A stretch of 63,648 nt of DNA, the filler included, from Octopus bimaculoides (taxonomy: Eukaryota), in NCBI RefSeq assembly GCF_001194135.2. It is 5 parts of 4 records of this genome, joined end to end, with 100 filler letters (N's around TTAATTAATTAA, not from the genome) between each part and the next. Parts side by side here need not be neighbours in the genome. Positions count along the whole stretch, not along the records: positions 9,161 to 33,740 come from NC_068982.1; positions 33,841 to 56,952 come from NC_068983.1; 3 more parts are not named here. One strand, 5' to 3'. How positions within the stretch are numbered: the first letter of the stretch is position 1; every line of letters starts with the position of its first letter. Position numbers and translations under genes: made by a program. The notes under the pieces are model-generated. The model searched no databases. It saw only the letters and a list, made by a program, of their open reading frames with translations, and had not been told where the DNA came from. This document shows positions 23,131 to 36,529 of this stretch, piece after piece.

Positions 23131-26100
23131 TGAGTGAGTGAGTGAGTGAGTGAGAGAGAGAGAGAGTAATCCATACAAAATCTAAACGTGTGTGCATAGT
23201 AACTTGAATATATAAAAAATAAGCAAACTAAATAAAGTAATCTTTATGCTGTAATATTTTTACTGTTTAACTGTTTGCTGCACAGATCAAAGTGTAAATA
23301 ACCAAAATTGGAATAGATTCTATTTTTGTAGATAGTATGAAAATGACTGGCAATCCCTGGTCTGTCACCTGCAAAATAGAGAAATTAATAAATCTTATTT
23401 TTTGCCACATACTCCACACACACACTTTGGTACACAGTTATTCAGAGTAATTAACAGTGTATATATATATGCATATGTGTGTGTTTGTGTGTGCATATGT
23501 ACATGCATACGCACATTTATTTTAATCTCATTTGGAGACTTGCCTTGTTAATTATGTTTCTCATCATTGACCTTCAAAATCTTTTTGACTTGCCTTAAAT
23601 TTAAAATAGATTCACATGTTTACAAAATAATATGCCACAAATAAACCTGTGTTGAATTATACTATAAACAAAATACTAGTTGTATTAGTTTGTGGTTATC
23701 CTACAAAGGAATGATGTGTTTGAATGTGTGTGTGTGTCTGTAAGTAGTAGTCTCTCATTTGAGTATTTTTGCTTATAATTTGAAATTTGATTTTAAAAAG
23801 CAATGTTTTTCTTGTGGGATTCTCCTCCTTCTTCAAAGTGCAACTTCAAATTAATTATAGCAAAAAAATTTACATATTAAAGATTGTCTCTTCTACAAAA
23901 TCTGTCAGCTAGAATGCTTTGTTCATTATCAGCTGGAAAAGTACAGGAACTTCATTGAAGTTCTGTTGTTTTCTAAAGAATTATTATTCTTACTATAGAA
24001 TATGCGATAAATTGTATTTATACTAAATATGTATATAATATGTTTTTGTGTGTGTGTGTGTGTGAGAAAGATTAAGCACATGGTTGTTATATTCTTGCTG
24101 GCCATTCTGTGATATTCTATGTGGGGAACTCAAGTAGTGTAGTAATTCTTGGGAATGTTTAGATGTGTGATGACCTTGTTCTGCAAGATAACTGAGCAGT
24201 AATGTTAATTTTTCAACATTGCTGAAACACCTATTTAAATTATATATATATAGGCACCTCTGTAAATATTGGATTGCTGTGTAAATATTGTACATTTTTC
24301 TATGGGGTCTAATTTATTATGTTGCTGTGTTCCTTACCCCTTATGCTTAGCAAATGTGTTTGTCTACTCATCAACTTCTTGATCTCATTTGTTTGTTTTC
24401 CTTTTCAATTTAAAAAAAGAAAAAAATTCAGTTATATTCAAATGGTTTCTGATTGTTTCTTTTAATACATCTGAATTAAAATTGCATTTTCTGACGACAA
24501 TATGTCGCTGTAATAATTACCATCAACAGAATAATCAGAACTTTAAAAACCAAATGAAAAAGAAATTTAAAGTTGTCATGTTTTCTGTTTTTGATAATTG
24601 GTATCTTTCAGGAAACCTGTTGATGTACTATTGTAGTTGAGAGATTGTTAGTACCAAGGCATATTGCATTCATCATGGTTAGATCATAATTTGTCCAACA
24701 TAAACTTTGGCAACATGTCTAAAGTTGTTCAAGGTTTTATTTTTGACATTTTACTGGTCACTTGTTTCTCTGATGACATGTTGGATCAGAGGTTTGCATA
24801 ATGCTCTTCATATTAGTGATCTCCACTATGATGGTCATTTGCAGGAGTTCTGTTTGTTCTCACAAGGTGTAAATGGCTAATTTACACACAGTATTCTTTC
24901 TTACTGCTGGAAACAGTTTTTTAAAATCTTTTATTTTGTCTCATATATATATATATATGAGAGAGAGATAGTTGTAATTTTTCTGCAGTAAGATTTGTGT
25001 CAATCAGCCATTTTTACTTTAGTGAATACCTTTTTATTGTTAGTATACTTTCTCTGTACATTCACATGATATTTTGAGTCATGGCTCCTTACTGTAATCA
25101 GTCACAATAAGGAACTCTGCCTCATCTGTCTTGTGTGTTGACAATCTAAGGTGACATGTTGGACCTTAGGGCTGTATACTAATGACAAAGTGTCTTGCTC
25201 ACAGCCAAGCAAGAAATCCAACATCTCAAGTGATGTGCCTGAACAAAACTATTGAGGTTATTTTTTTAATATTTTCAATCATGTACAAATAGATGGTCTC
25301 TTAATTTATGCCTATATATTTCAATGTTTTCTTCAATAACACAAGTGTTGCTTGATTTCTTGCTTCTGTTTGCAAAAAAGACACAAGTTGTGCCTTATTG
25401 TGGAAAGTATTTTGCAGTTGTTAATTATCTTCCTGTAAAGTTTCAGGAAGAGACAGTATTAGAGTTAAACTTTCAGAAACCTTACAAACACTATGAGGGT
25501 TGTTGTATTTGTGCACATATTTGTATAATGGGTCAGCATGTGTGTAGACCTTATATATAAAAATGTACACATATCCAACACTCTTTCTCACAGAACCAAG
25601 TTTGATAAAGTCACACATCTTCACTTCAAATATTTCTCCACTGTTTGCTTCATTACTCCTCTCAAAACAGAGCTCTAAACTAGCAACTCATGTCTGATTT
25701 TAATATTAAGGTAAGATAACTCAAGTAAGGTATTTACCTATATATCTAATCATTGGGTGTTGTAGCAGTTGTATGAAGAATATGATAAAGTAAGATATTT
25801 AGTGTAGTTATATTTCATTATAGGGAAATTTGTCTTGTGATATGGATATGTGAATGTCAAGTTTCTGTGCACAAAAGGCTTATTCTGCGCTGAACTGTTG
25901 CTAAAAGCTTTAGATAAGCGAAATAACTTATTGACTTAGTCCATAATTTTTTTTTTTTCAGATATGTAGAAACCAAAACACCTGGTATCTACTGCTTTTA
26001 GCTATTAACACTGCAGCTCAGGTAATGCTTTCTTAGGTGACATGTTGGATCTAAGTTTTGCACAGTTTTGCTTCTCTTTAACATCTTCATTTATTTTGTT

Positions 26101-29100
26101 TAGCTTTTGCTTTAAATTATCACAATAACCTTGTTAAAAATCTACATTGAAACTAACATTTTCAGATTTATTTAATAAAGACGAAAAGTATAGGTATTGT
26201 TGAAAATATTGTGAGTGTGTGTGTACCTACCTCAATATCAGTTTTGCTGTAAAGGGACCAACCTGGAATTGTTGTGAAACTCAATTGAAGAAAAGCTCTT
26301 TTCAAATGATTAGAAGATATGCTTGAGTTTTTTAACAAACAGCTTTACCACAATCACACCAGCTGATTTTTCTTAGATTTATTATTCCAGTCAGTCTTAA
26401 CATGTAAACTCTCCCACTACTAAAATAATAAATAACAATATAAGCTATTTTAAATTTCTCCAGGCTGTACTCAATATTACTTATTTATCCTCTCAATAAG
26501 TACATTGCCATCAGATATTGACGACTTCTTTGAATTTACTTTCAATCCAGTGCTAAACTAAAATTTAAAACCAGCGAAAACATTCCCAAATTGTTTACTT
26601 CAGTCTCGCTGCTGTTGACTTCAACCTGCTTGAACTAGTTGAATCTGCTTTTGATATGAAACCAAAATGAATAATTTATTCTTGAATGAAGTTTTTGAAT
26701 TTTCAATAATTTCATTCAGTTTTATAGTATTTAACATGAAGACTTGAAGACTAATTATTAAGTAAATTATTGTCACTAAAAGAATTCTCAATTGATAGGA
26801 GCTCTGTATACATTTTGTACACACACACACACACACCTTTATGCTTAATTTATTAATAGATACTGAGGCTAAGCTACTGGACTACAGTTTAAACAAATAT
26901 CTAATTTCCAGAAGAAACAAACTCATCAGAAATTATATAAAATAAAGGAAACTAAATAAAAGGAAAGTGTATGATAGGTAAAAGCATATTTTTTCTTAAT
27001 CTTAATTTCATATTTCCATTTGTAAATTAGTTGAGCAATGAGTAATTAAAATTATTAATATATTGGGTATAGTTCAGTTGTAGAGCTCTGTTTGAAGTAA
27101 TATCACTTCAATGGTCACATAGAATTATTCTCTCATTTCTGTACAGTATATTTTTTATTCTTGCCTATGACAACAATACAAATTATGGAAAAACTGGTAC
27201 TTTATTATTAGTTTTTGAAAGTTTTTCTTTTTTTTTTTAATACCCCATGTAAATCATTTTCACTATTGCTAAATCAATTTTGTTGATGTCTTTGCATAAT
27301 TTCTTCTACATTTAGTTATCTTTTGTCAGCTGATTAGTTGGCAATGGCAGGAAGAGCACCAGTGCTATGACTACTCTGTAACTATGACATTCTACACCCA
27401 TATGAAAAAAAAAAAAGTGCACGCATGTTACTTGAGGCATTGTTTTCTGAAGCCAATGTCAATCTCCTTATACTGTAAAACTGTAGAATATTAGTAGAAA
27501 TATAATTTTAGTGATGAATAAATTGTTTTGTTCACATACACTTGTTTTTTATTTCTTTATTGTATTTTATATGTTGAGATTCATGTGTTAAGTCATTTAA
27601 TTTTTTGACCTCAAGGAATGTGAAGCAAATATTGTGATTGAAAAGTATCCTCTCAACTAGAAAGGAACAAGGAATTAGGTGAAATGGCTCAGCTGGAAAT
27701 TGAAACTACATTGCAAACACAACTTTCTAAAAGTTTATCATCACCCTACAATGAAGGTGCCACTAGCTGGTCTCTTACCTATTATTTCAAAATAAAACAA
27801 AACCCTGTGGGGTTTACCAATCTGTCTTGTGATTTTTTTATTCTTTTAAATCCTATGTTGTTTTATCAAAAGGGCATATGGACCAGTGGTTAGGGTGTTG
27901 TAATGCAGACAATCACCATACCATCATTAATACAAATAGTTTGTATAGGTTATGATGAAAGACTGTGTATTTTGAGATGACTAAAACACAATAGTTGAAA
28001 TGTGTAGTTTGTAGTATTGGATGGTTGTAAAGAAGACAAAGATATTTCCAAATAATACAAAAATATTAACTTTGGTAAAAGAAATTAAGACTTACGTGTT
28101 AAGTTGAATAAATTATTATTATTAATGTTGTTTAGTATCAAGTCAGCCCTGGTTAAGCAAATTAAAAATCAAGTGTTCTATACATAGGATTACATGTTTT
28201 TTTTTTTTTTTTTTAAGAGTGTGTTTATGTGGGAGATTTAAGTTGCTACTTTTAGTTGATCAAGTGTCTGTAGAAGCTATTTTGGTGGCACATGAGTAAT
28301 TAAGAGAGTACTGTTCATTTAAAATAAAGAGCTTAAGTTATACTATCACCAATTTTAAGCCTATTTCAACATAATTTGGGTGAGATTTTATCTAAGAGCT
28401 AGTATCTCTGAGATGGGTGGTTAACTAGACATCCAAAGTAGATTCAGTAGATTGTTTGACTTTGTGAAGTCTTAGTAATGCTTTGGAAGTTGGATTTAAT
28501 GGAATGAAAAACATGGGTGGTAGTTATTGAATTCATGATGTTAACTGATTTATTTCGTTTAGCATAAATCAGATGAAGGGCAACGTCATGACTTCCTGCC
28601 TGTGAAACTGGTGGAGGAAAAAGAGAATGAAAACAATAGCTCATGGCAGACACACTCCAAATGCTGTAATGAAGAAGCTTCTGCTCAACATTTTTGATAC
28701 CAATCCAACTCAGACTGCCCTGGTTCTAAGATACAAACTTCCTTTTGTTAGATTCTGTTCCAAATACCAGCCTGATTACAACAATTATTTTACTTTATTC
28801 TTCATTTTCAAAATTAATTGAAACAAAGGCAGTGTATTCCAACAGAAATATGGTAACAAAGGAACTAAAAGCACTCAAAGGTATACAATGGTGTTAACCT
28901 TTTTATTACCATATTTCTGTTGAAATACACTACATTCATTTCATTTATGTTTAAATAAATGAAAAACTTAGCAATATAATTCCTTAAGCTTGTCCCTGGA
29001 ACATAACCTGAAATATTACTGGAAGATTTTAATTTAGATCACATGAAAACAAGTTTATATCATAGAACCAGTCCAATCTTCGGGAGATTGGTATCAAAAA

Positions 29101-30984
29101 AGTTAATGTAGATAATTTGATTATTCAACTGACTGGAACAGACCTGTTAACTGTTACAAGTACTAACTGGAATTTACTGACTTAAAAGGCTTGTGTACTG
29201 GCAAGTAAACTTGTTATCTTTTACGTTTTTTTTAGAAATATTCTGTTCAAAGAAGGGTTTCATTTCCTTCTTTCTAAACATCAAAATACAGGATTTATCT
29301 TGGTGAATGCAGATCTTCGAAATATCTGTGAAAGTTTTGACAATGACTTTTGGTGACTACCTTAATTGCTTCAGAAGTGCTTGGTATAAAGGGGTCTCTT
29401 AAATTTAACTCAGTCTACAACAGGTTATTTCCACATGTATCTCAAGTCAGCATCATTTTCCATGACTGAATCATTAATTTGTTCCATATCAAAGCTTTTA
29501 TTATTTTTCAACTATTTGATCTAATAAAAAAATATTGTATGAAATCTAGTAGAGTAGGGGAGAATTTAGGATATGGTGTTATGTTTTAGTTTTCAGTTTG
29601 TCCTCTTAATGGAACAAAAGCTTGATATAGTTTTGAGATAAAGTGTGTATTATCATCACCACTATAGACTTGCTTTGTAACTGTATGGTACTGAGTTTGA
29701 CTTCATGGCAGATGACTGTGGTAACATCAGTTTGATCAGTGTTTTGTGGAGTAAACAGCAGAAGCCTGCACACGTAAGTATATATTAATGTTTAGGTTTG
29801 TCTACTTTATCATCATTTAGCATCTATCTTCCATGCTGGCTTGGGTAGGCCAGTCTGACAGGATCTGACAAGTCCAAGGATTACACGAAATTCCAGTGTC
29901 TATTTTGGCGTGATTTCTAGAGCTAGATGCCTTTTCTAATGTGTGTGTGTACTGTCAAGGCTACATTTTTATCCTATCAGCTAGCCTCCCATCCATGTAG
30001 CTCTTCTCACTCATCCTTTTTATCACCCACCCCTTATAAGTTACCATCACTCATCCCTGTTGTCTATCTCTCAGTTACTCTCTCCTCTTCGCACATTCAT
30101 TGTACTATGCTGCTGATACAATTAAAATAGCAGTGGATTTCTTCAGCTAATTGTAGTACATTACTTTCAGTGCAACCTGGGATGTTACATAAACTATTTG
30201 ACCCTCCCTTCAACATTTTACCTCTCCTTTGCTCATCTTTTATCTTCTTAGCTCTCCCACTATTAGAGACCTCATTATACTTACATGTACCTCAAACTTT
30301 ACCTAAACTCTTAACTGGCCCTTTTGCATTGAAACCCATAATTCATGGTTGCCATTTATCTACACCTTTCTTTCCATCATTCTTTTACTACTATTTTATT
30401 TAGTGATGGAAATGCAACCAGTACTTTGCTCCAACAAGATCAAAAGGCCCTCACAATGTAGGGTTGTGAGGACTGTTTCGTCTTGTTGAAGTCAGAACAA
30501 CCTCTCAAGTGTTGGTACCAGGAAAAATGTACCCAATGCACTCTGTAAGTTGGTTGGTATTTGGAAGGGGATCCAACTGAAGAAACTAAATAAAAAATGT
30601 TAACTTATGATCTCCCAAACTATCTACAAGAGCAGAAATGACCAGTCCATTCAATGCCAGTATGGGAAGTGGAAGGGAATTGAGTTTTTGATGATGACAT
30701 ACAATATATTTTTTTTTCTGTGTTTATTAGTGTCAAGTTGCACCATTTTGTCAAAAACAGTAACTTGAGCTTTTGATAAATAGATATTGGTGAAAATACA
30801 AAACTGAACAAATACTGGGGTCAATATAACTGATTAAAAAGCATTGAAGTGGTGCTCCTGCTTGGCCACAGCATAACTAAAGTCAAGAAGAAGGATACTG
30901 TGTATTGTGTATATAATCTTGCCTCACAGGTAGAACTTGGGTTATGAATGAGTCCTATTAAGTCTGTCTATAGTTTGAAACATG

Positions 30985-31198
30985 TATATGTGTGTCTGTG
31001 TTTGTCCCCCCCAACATTGATTGACAACCGATGCTGGTGTGTTTACATCCCCGTAACTTAGCGGTTCGGCAAAAGAGATCGATAGAATAAGTACTAGGCT
31101 TCCAAAGAATAAGTCTTAGCGTCGATTTGCTCGACTAAAGACGGTGCTCCAGCATGGCCATAGTCAAATGACTGAAACAATTAAAAGAGTAAAGAGTA
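30985..31198 (+). mobile_element. SINE family A 3' half
   Basis: gatgctggtgtgtttacatccccgtaacttagcggttcggcaaaagag...gtcaaatgactgaaacaa. Confidence 0.85.
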
Positions 31199-32074
31199 AT
31201 TGTGTTTAGTGTGAGTCAAATGTCTGTTTAATATATAGTTTACTTAAAATATGTTAGATATTATAATGCTGTAACAATAAACATGTATGTGGTACAAATA
31301 GATATATAGGTAGTACAAAAACATTGATGAAACATTTCTGAAATAGTTCAAACAGCCCTTCCTCTTGATAACAAACCACTCAAAATGTGCAATTTTTCTT
31401 TCTGATGTTACATGTGTCACAAACTGTTAAGGCTTTGCAAAGGTCAGTTTGTAACTATGGATGTTTCCAAGTTAAATGTTCGTTTAACTGTCTGTGTAGG
31501 AATAATTATATATAGTTTCAATATGGCAAAATAGCTTTATGGTTTCTTTTCAATTTTTAGCAGCAGCAGCAAAATATATATGAAGTCACAGACAGATGTG
31601 GATATCTTGAGATAATTTTACATCATACCACAGGCCTGAAATATAATAAGAACTGAAATAATTATATAATCAGTATTTAATTTCACATCTTAAAGGAGTA
31701 ATACAGAAGGTTGAATGAAATTAACAATACTTCCTTTTGTTCAACAAATCTGCACCATGTTCATTTGAAGAAAATGTACGCAAAATATATTAATTCAAAG
31801 TTGTAGTTTACCCAAAATATAGCATTACCATACACCTTACAAATTTCAAATTTGTTGAGACTTACTTTGACAGATTATACCATTTCTTCTGAGATTAAAT
31901 ATAATTTGATATAATGTTATAAATCTTATTTCGTTAGTTATTTTCGATAATCCACAAAAGAAAGGCAAGAGTTATTTCCCTTATGTTACTATAGTCGGCT
32001 AGGCCATTAACAACACTCTAATTTCAACAGTACATATTCAGGAACAAAAGTTTTTACTACTTTGTTGTTGTTGG

Positions 32075-32381
32075 CACGACGTCGAGGGTTCCAGTTGATC
32101 CGATCAACGGAACAGCCTGCTCGTGAAATTAACGTGCAAGTGGCTGAGCACTCCACAGACACGTGTACCGTTAACGTAGTTCTCGGGGATATTCAGCATG
32201 ACACAGTGTGACAAGGCTGACCCTTTGAATTACAGGCACAACAGAAACAGGAAGTAAGAGTGAGAGAAAGTTGTGGTGAAAGAGTACAGCAGGGTTCGCC
32301 ACCATCCCCTGCCGGAGCCTCGTGGAGCTTTTAGGTGTTTTCGCTCAATAAACACTTACAACACCTTGTCTGGGAATCGAA
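32075..32381 (-). mobile_element. SINE family C-related copy, head lost in gap
   Basis: Minus strand starts TTCGATTCCC (B box) at the gap edge; body gatcaacggaacagcctgctcgtgaaattaacgtgcaagtggctgagcactccac. Confidence 0.75.
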
Positions 32382-32680
32382 NNNNNNNNNNNNNNNNNNN
32401 NNNNNNNNNNNNNNNNNNNNNNNNNNNNNNNNNNNNNNNNNNNNNNNNNNNNNNNNNNNNNNNNNNNNNNNNNNNNNNNNNNNNNNNNNNNNNNNNNNNN
32501 NTATGCAAAAGACAGGAACCACTTTCATACTTAAAGAGGAATGTAATTAAAAAAAAAAACAAAATGAAAAAGAAAGAAACTTCTGAGAGCGAATAAAATC
32601 TGACCAGAAGCTGACTTTTTCAAACAGATACAGTGGAACTGTCATAAAGTTGTGGAAGTGCAACAAAATGTTCAAAAATA

Positions 32681-33080
32681 GTGCAGGAGTGGCTGTATAG
32701 TAAAAAGCTTGCTTCCCAACCACATAGTTCTGGGTTCAGTCCCACTGCCTGGCACCTTGGGCAAGTATCTTCTACTATAGTCTCGAGCTGACCAAAGCCT
32801 TGTGAGTGGATTTGGTAGATGGAATCTGAAAGAAGCCCGTCATATATGCATATAATATATTTATGTGTGTGTGTGTGTGTCTGTGTTTGTCTGCCCACCA
32901 TTGCTTGATAAGTGATGCTGGTGTGTTTACATGCCTGTAACTTAGCAGTTCGGCAAAAGAGCCCGATAGAATAAGTACTAGGCTTACAAAGAATAAGTCT
33001 TGGGGTTGATTTGTTCAACTAAAGGCGTTGCTCCAGCATGGTCGAAGTCAAATAACTGAAACAAGTAAAAGAATAAAAGA
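32681..33080 (+). mobile_element. Full-length SINE family A
   Basis: A box and B box (gggttcagtccc), body ccaaagccttgtgagtggatttggtagatgg, internal (TG)n, tail ending aagtaaaagaataaaaga. Confidence 0.85.
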
Positions 33081-33344
33081 AAATGGAAAACAATATAACC
33101 ATTTCTGTGAAGTCTGATAGCCAAAAGGACTCCAGCACAACGTAATTTTCTCTCTCTGTCTATAGCTGGTCTAGGGGAGATAACCTGTCCTTGCTAGCGC
33201 TAGACTTCTTGATGACCAAATGACGAATGACAGTAACAGATTTCTACCTGCCAGAGGTGAAGAGTTAAATTTGTTTTTGGACTAGAGCCTGATGAGTCGT
33301 TCGCGAAGCTACTGTCTTTGTGGGTGAGAAACCATTGGTCACTC

Positions 33345-33740
33345 CATGACCAGACATTAACATTATTACTTGACGTGATAAATTTATACACCAGTAGACC
33401 TCATAATTATGGACTTGAGGCAATTCAATTCTGGCTGGATCAATTCCCGAAAGAAATCCCAAACAGGATCAGTAAAGAATTCATTACTAAATCGGTTGAA
33501 TTCATCTTACGAAACAATTACTTCATGTTTGACAATACTTTCTACCGACAAAAATCCGGAATTGCTATGGGCACTAGGGCAGCTCCAGTCATTGCGAACC
33601 TAACAATGGGTTACTTGGAAATAATAATATACCAGGAATCTTTATCCACCTTTGGAAACACCCTTTCCCAATACATAAAAGAAAATTGGAAAAGGTTCCT
33701 GGACGACTGTTTCATACTCTGGAATGAAAACACAGATGAA
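33345..33740 (+). mobile_element. Penelope-like element reverse transcriptase fragment, uninterrupted to the assembly gap
   Basis: LLDVINLYTSRPHNYGLEAI..ILRNNYFMFDNTFYRQKSGIAMGTRAAPVIANLTMGYLE..WKRFLDDCFILW, i.e. the PLE DVxxLYTS, G-AMG-x-x-AP-xxANL and RxxDD motifs. Confidence 0.9.
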
Positions 33741-34076
33741 NNNNNNNNNNNNNNNNNNNNNNNNNNNNNNNNNNNNNNNNNNNNTTAATTAATTAANNNN
33801 NNNNNNNNNNNNNNNNNNNNNNNNNNNNNNNNNNNNNNNNGTTCGGGTAGTGGAGGTATCAAGTTAAAATACATCATTATATTTGGAAAAATAGGAATAA
33901 ATTTCAATGAGTATTACTTACTCGGGTATAGTCCAACCCTTTGTCAGTTATATTTGGGCTCCATGCGATGTCTTTATTTCCGATGTTTTTGGATAAGTTT
34001 CGGAGCAGTGATTTATCGTACTCACATGTTAAACTTCCCCGGTGTTATCTTAAACTTCTTATGTTATCTTAAACTT

Positions 34077-34297
<221 letters not shown>

Positions 34298-34383
34298 TAT
34301 TTTAAAAGGATTGACGTAAATCTTCACAAAGGTAAACAGGCAAGACGAAGAGCGCGATTCGATTGTAATAGACGTTTTATTGG

Positions 34384-34425
34384 TTCAACGATATTTCGAC
34401 AGTAAGCCTGTCTTTGTCGTGTTCA
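34384..34425 (-). ncRNA. Decayed minimal hammerhead ribozyme motif
   Basis: Minus strand: TGAAC-ACGACAA-A-GACAG gctta CTGTC-GAAA-TATC-GTTGAA. Stem II, GAAA and the AUC triplet are intact; the CUGANGA core and one stem I pair are mutated. Confidence 0.5.
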
Positions 34426-34565
34426 AAATAAGAAGTGATAAAATTTAAAAATTGTAGAAATTTAAATTTAAAGTATGGACGAGATAAATCATCGTCCACA
34501 CATTGATGGAATGACATCAGTCTTTAAGTTTCAATTTTATAACAGGCGAACAGAAAAAGACAGCT

Positions 34566-35500
34566 GTTCAGGTGAATGGTCACCTGTCGGAGTCATTCAG
34601 CTTCTTGCGATCGGTCCATCAAGTGTGCCCTCTCTCCTCCCTTCTGTATGTACTGGCTCTTGAGCAATTACTGCGGAAGCTTGAGGCTTTGGGGGATGTC
34701 CCGCGTGATCTAGGATGTGGGAGAAGTGTGTCTACTTAGGCTGATAATGTCACCGTTATAGTGTTGAGCCATAGGTATACAGACCAGATTGACGAAACTT
34801 CAAGAATATGAAGCGGTGACAGGAGCAAAAATTAAGGCGGAACAGTCATTGGTTTTGCAACTCGGCACCTGGAGAGGCAAGTCCATGCCGTCCAACAGCG
34901 TCATGGGGCGCTGGACAGACGGTCCCGTTAAGTTGCTCGGAGTCTGGTTTGGTCCGGATTCCAGGTGGAGAAAACCTGGGACGACGTAACGAGCAGGTTA
35001 GCTAATCTCACCCAGAAATGAGCCGAGAGGAAGCTGTCCCTCAATGATCGAGCGGAGGTGGTGAATGCCTACATAGCAACCGTCATCTACTTCCGCTTGA
35101 CTGTCGTCCCTTGCCCTGTTTACTGGTTGACCAAGTTGGTGCACATAATCTTCCGCTTTCCAATAGTCAGGTGCTCCATCTGCTGTCAACCGCCGCTGAA
35201 TGGAGGGGCATTCCGTGGTTACTGATGCGCAGACATTCACACAGGTTGCGGCATTTCCAACGTTTCCTTGAGCAGGTTTGGTCAGCGTTTGTAAGAGACA
35301 CTTTTCAACAGCTCGTCTCTTTGACTGAGCTTCAATCCTGGATTAGGCGTAGACCGAGGAGAGGCGCCTGGGACCTCGAGTGCCATCAACGCTCACAGCC
35401 CTCCGCCAGGCCGGCAATACGGTCGGTAGTAGTTCCACTCTAGCGTTCTAAAGAGGGCTAGTGGAGAGAAAGTGCGATGACGTTCTCAGGGAATCTAGCT
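34566..35500 (+). mobile_element. Degenerate Tx1/L1-group LINE RT fragment
   Basis: VQVNGHLSESFSFLRSVHQVCPLSSLLYVLALEQLLRKL..ST*ADNVTVIV..EYEAVTGAKIK..VKLLGVWFGPD..RKLSLNDRAEVVNAYIATVIYFRL. Confidence 0.85.
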
Positions 35501-36007
35501 CTTAGGGTTCTTAAGGTGCTGGATACCATAGTGCTGGTATTGGCCAAATCGATTATGCTTGGTTTTATATTCTGTAAGAGTAAAGACGAAGAAACAGGCA
35601 ACAATGTGATCAATACACTCAATTGTGTGATTTCAGAGTATACACTTTGTGTCTACCTTATTGTGTTTGACATTAGTTTGATAGTTCCGGGTGAGGAACT
35701 AGGATGAATCATTTTGTTTCGACTTTCAAACCAACACTCTGCAGTCACTGATACGTTATTCTTATATCTACATCAGCTTACTCAGCTCGTTTCAGTTATT
35801 CTTTCTACAGTTTTGGGGAAAGGACGTGTTTAACTGCTTCAGGTCAAACAACTGACAAACAAATCTGTGGTACTGAGCAGAATATTTACTGTAGTCCATC
35901 TTTTATGCCAAGACAAAACGATGTACATGATAACACTTCCAGTCAGTTAAGATCAGACGCCATAAAGATCCAGTGCTTGGTACTGCATCAGGGCATTTAT
36001 GATTATT

Positions 36008-36132
36008 GCTGTTGTTGTTGTTGTTCTTCATCATCATCATCTTCTTCTTCTTCTTCTTCTTCTTCTTCTTCTTCTTCTTCTTCTTCTTCTTCTTCTTCTT
36101 CTTCTTCTTCTTCTTCTTCTTCTTCTTCTTCT
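36008..36132. repeat. (GTT)(CAT)(CTT)n compound microsatellite; (GAT)n at about 36289-36414
   Basis: Seen directly. Confidence 0.95.
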
Positions 36133-36303
36133 ACATCAACTGTAGTGTGCATGCGGTTCTCATTTCCATGCCCCCACCCAATAAATGAAAATTAAATCAA
36201 CCTCGGTGAAATTTGGACCCAGATCACAAAGCTTAAAGTAATGCCTCTAAGCGTCCTATAGGCTATTCTAATGATCGTACAACACCACCTCATGATGATG
36301 ATA

Positions 36304-36351
<48 letters not shown>

Positions 36352-36529
36352 TTGATGATGATGATGATGATGGTGGTGAAGATGAAGACGATGTTGATGA
36401 TTATGATGATGATGAGGGTGAGTATTCCTTTCTTCACTAAAAAACTTTGGCAAAATTATCAAAGACGGTGCAGTGCTATACTGTTTGCGATTAACCAAAA
36501 ACTGTATAATCAATGAAAACAATAATTCT

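Noticed and set aside
33283-33316. CTGATGA-G followed by a TCG-TTCG-CGA hairpin just upstream of the Penelope RT
   Set aside because: GAAA is incomplete (GAAG) and stem I does not pair; it would need a 4-nt insertion plus further changes to be a hammerhead.
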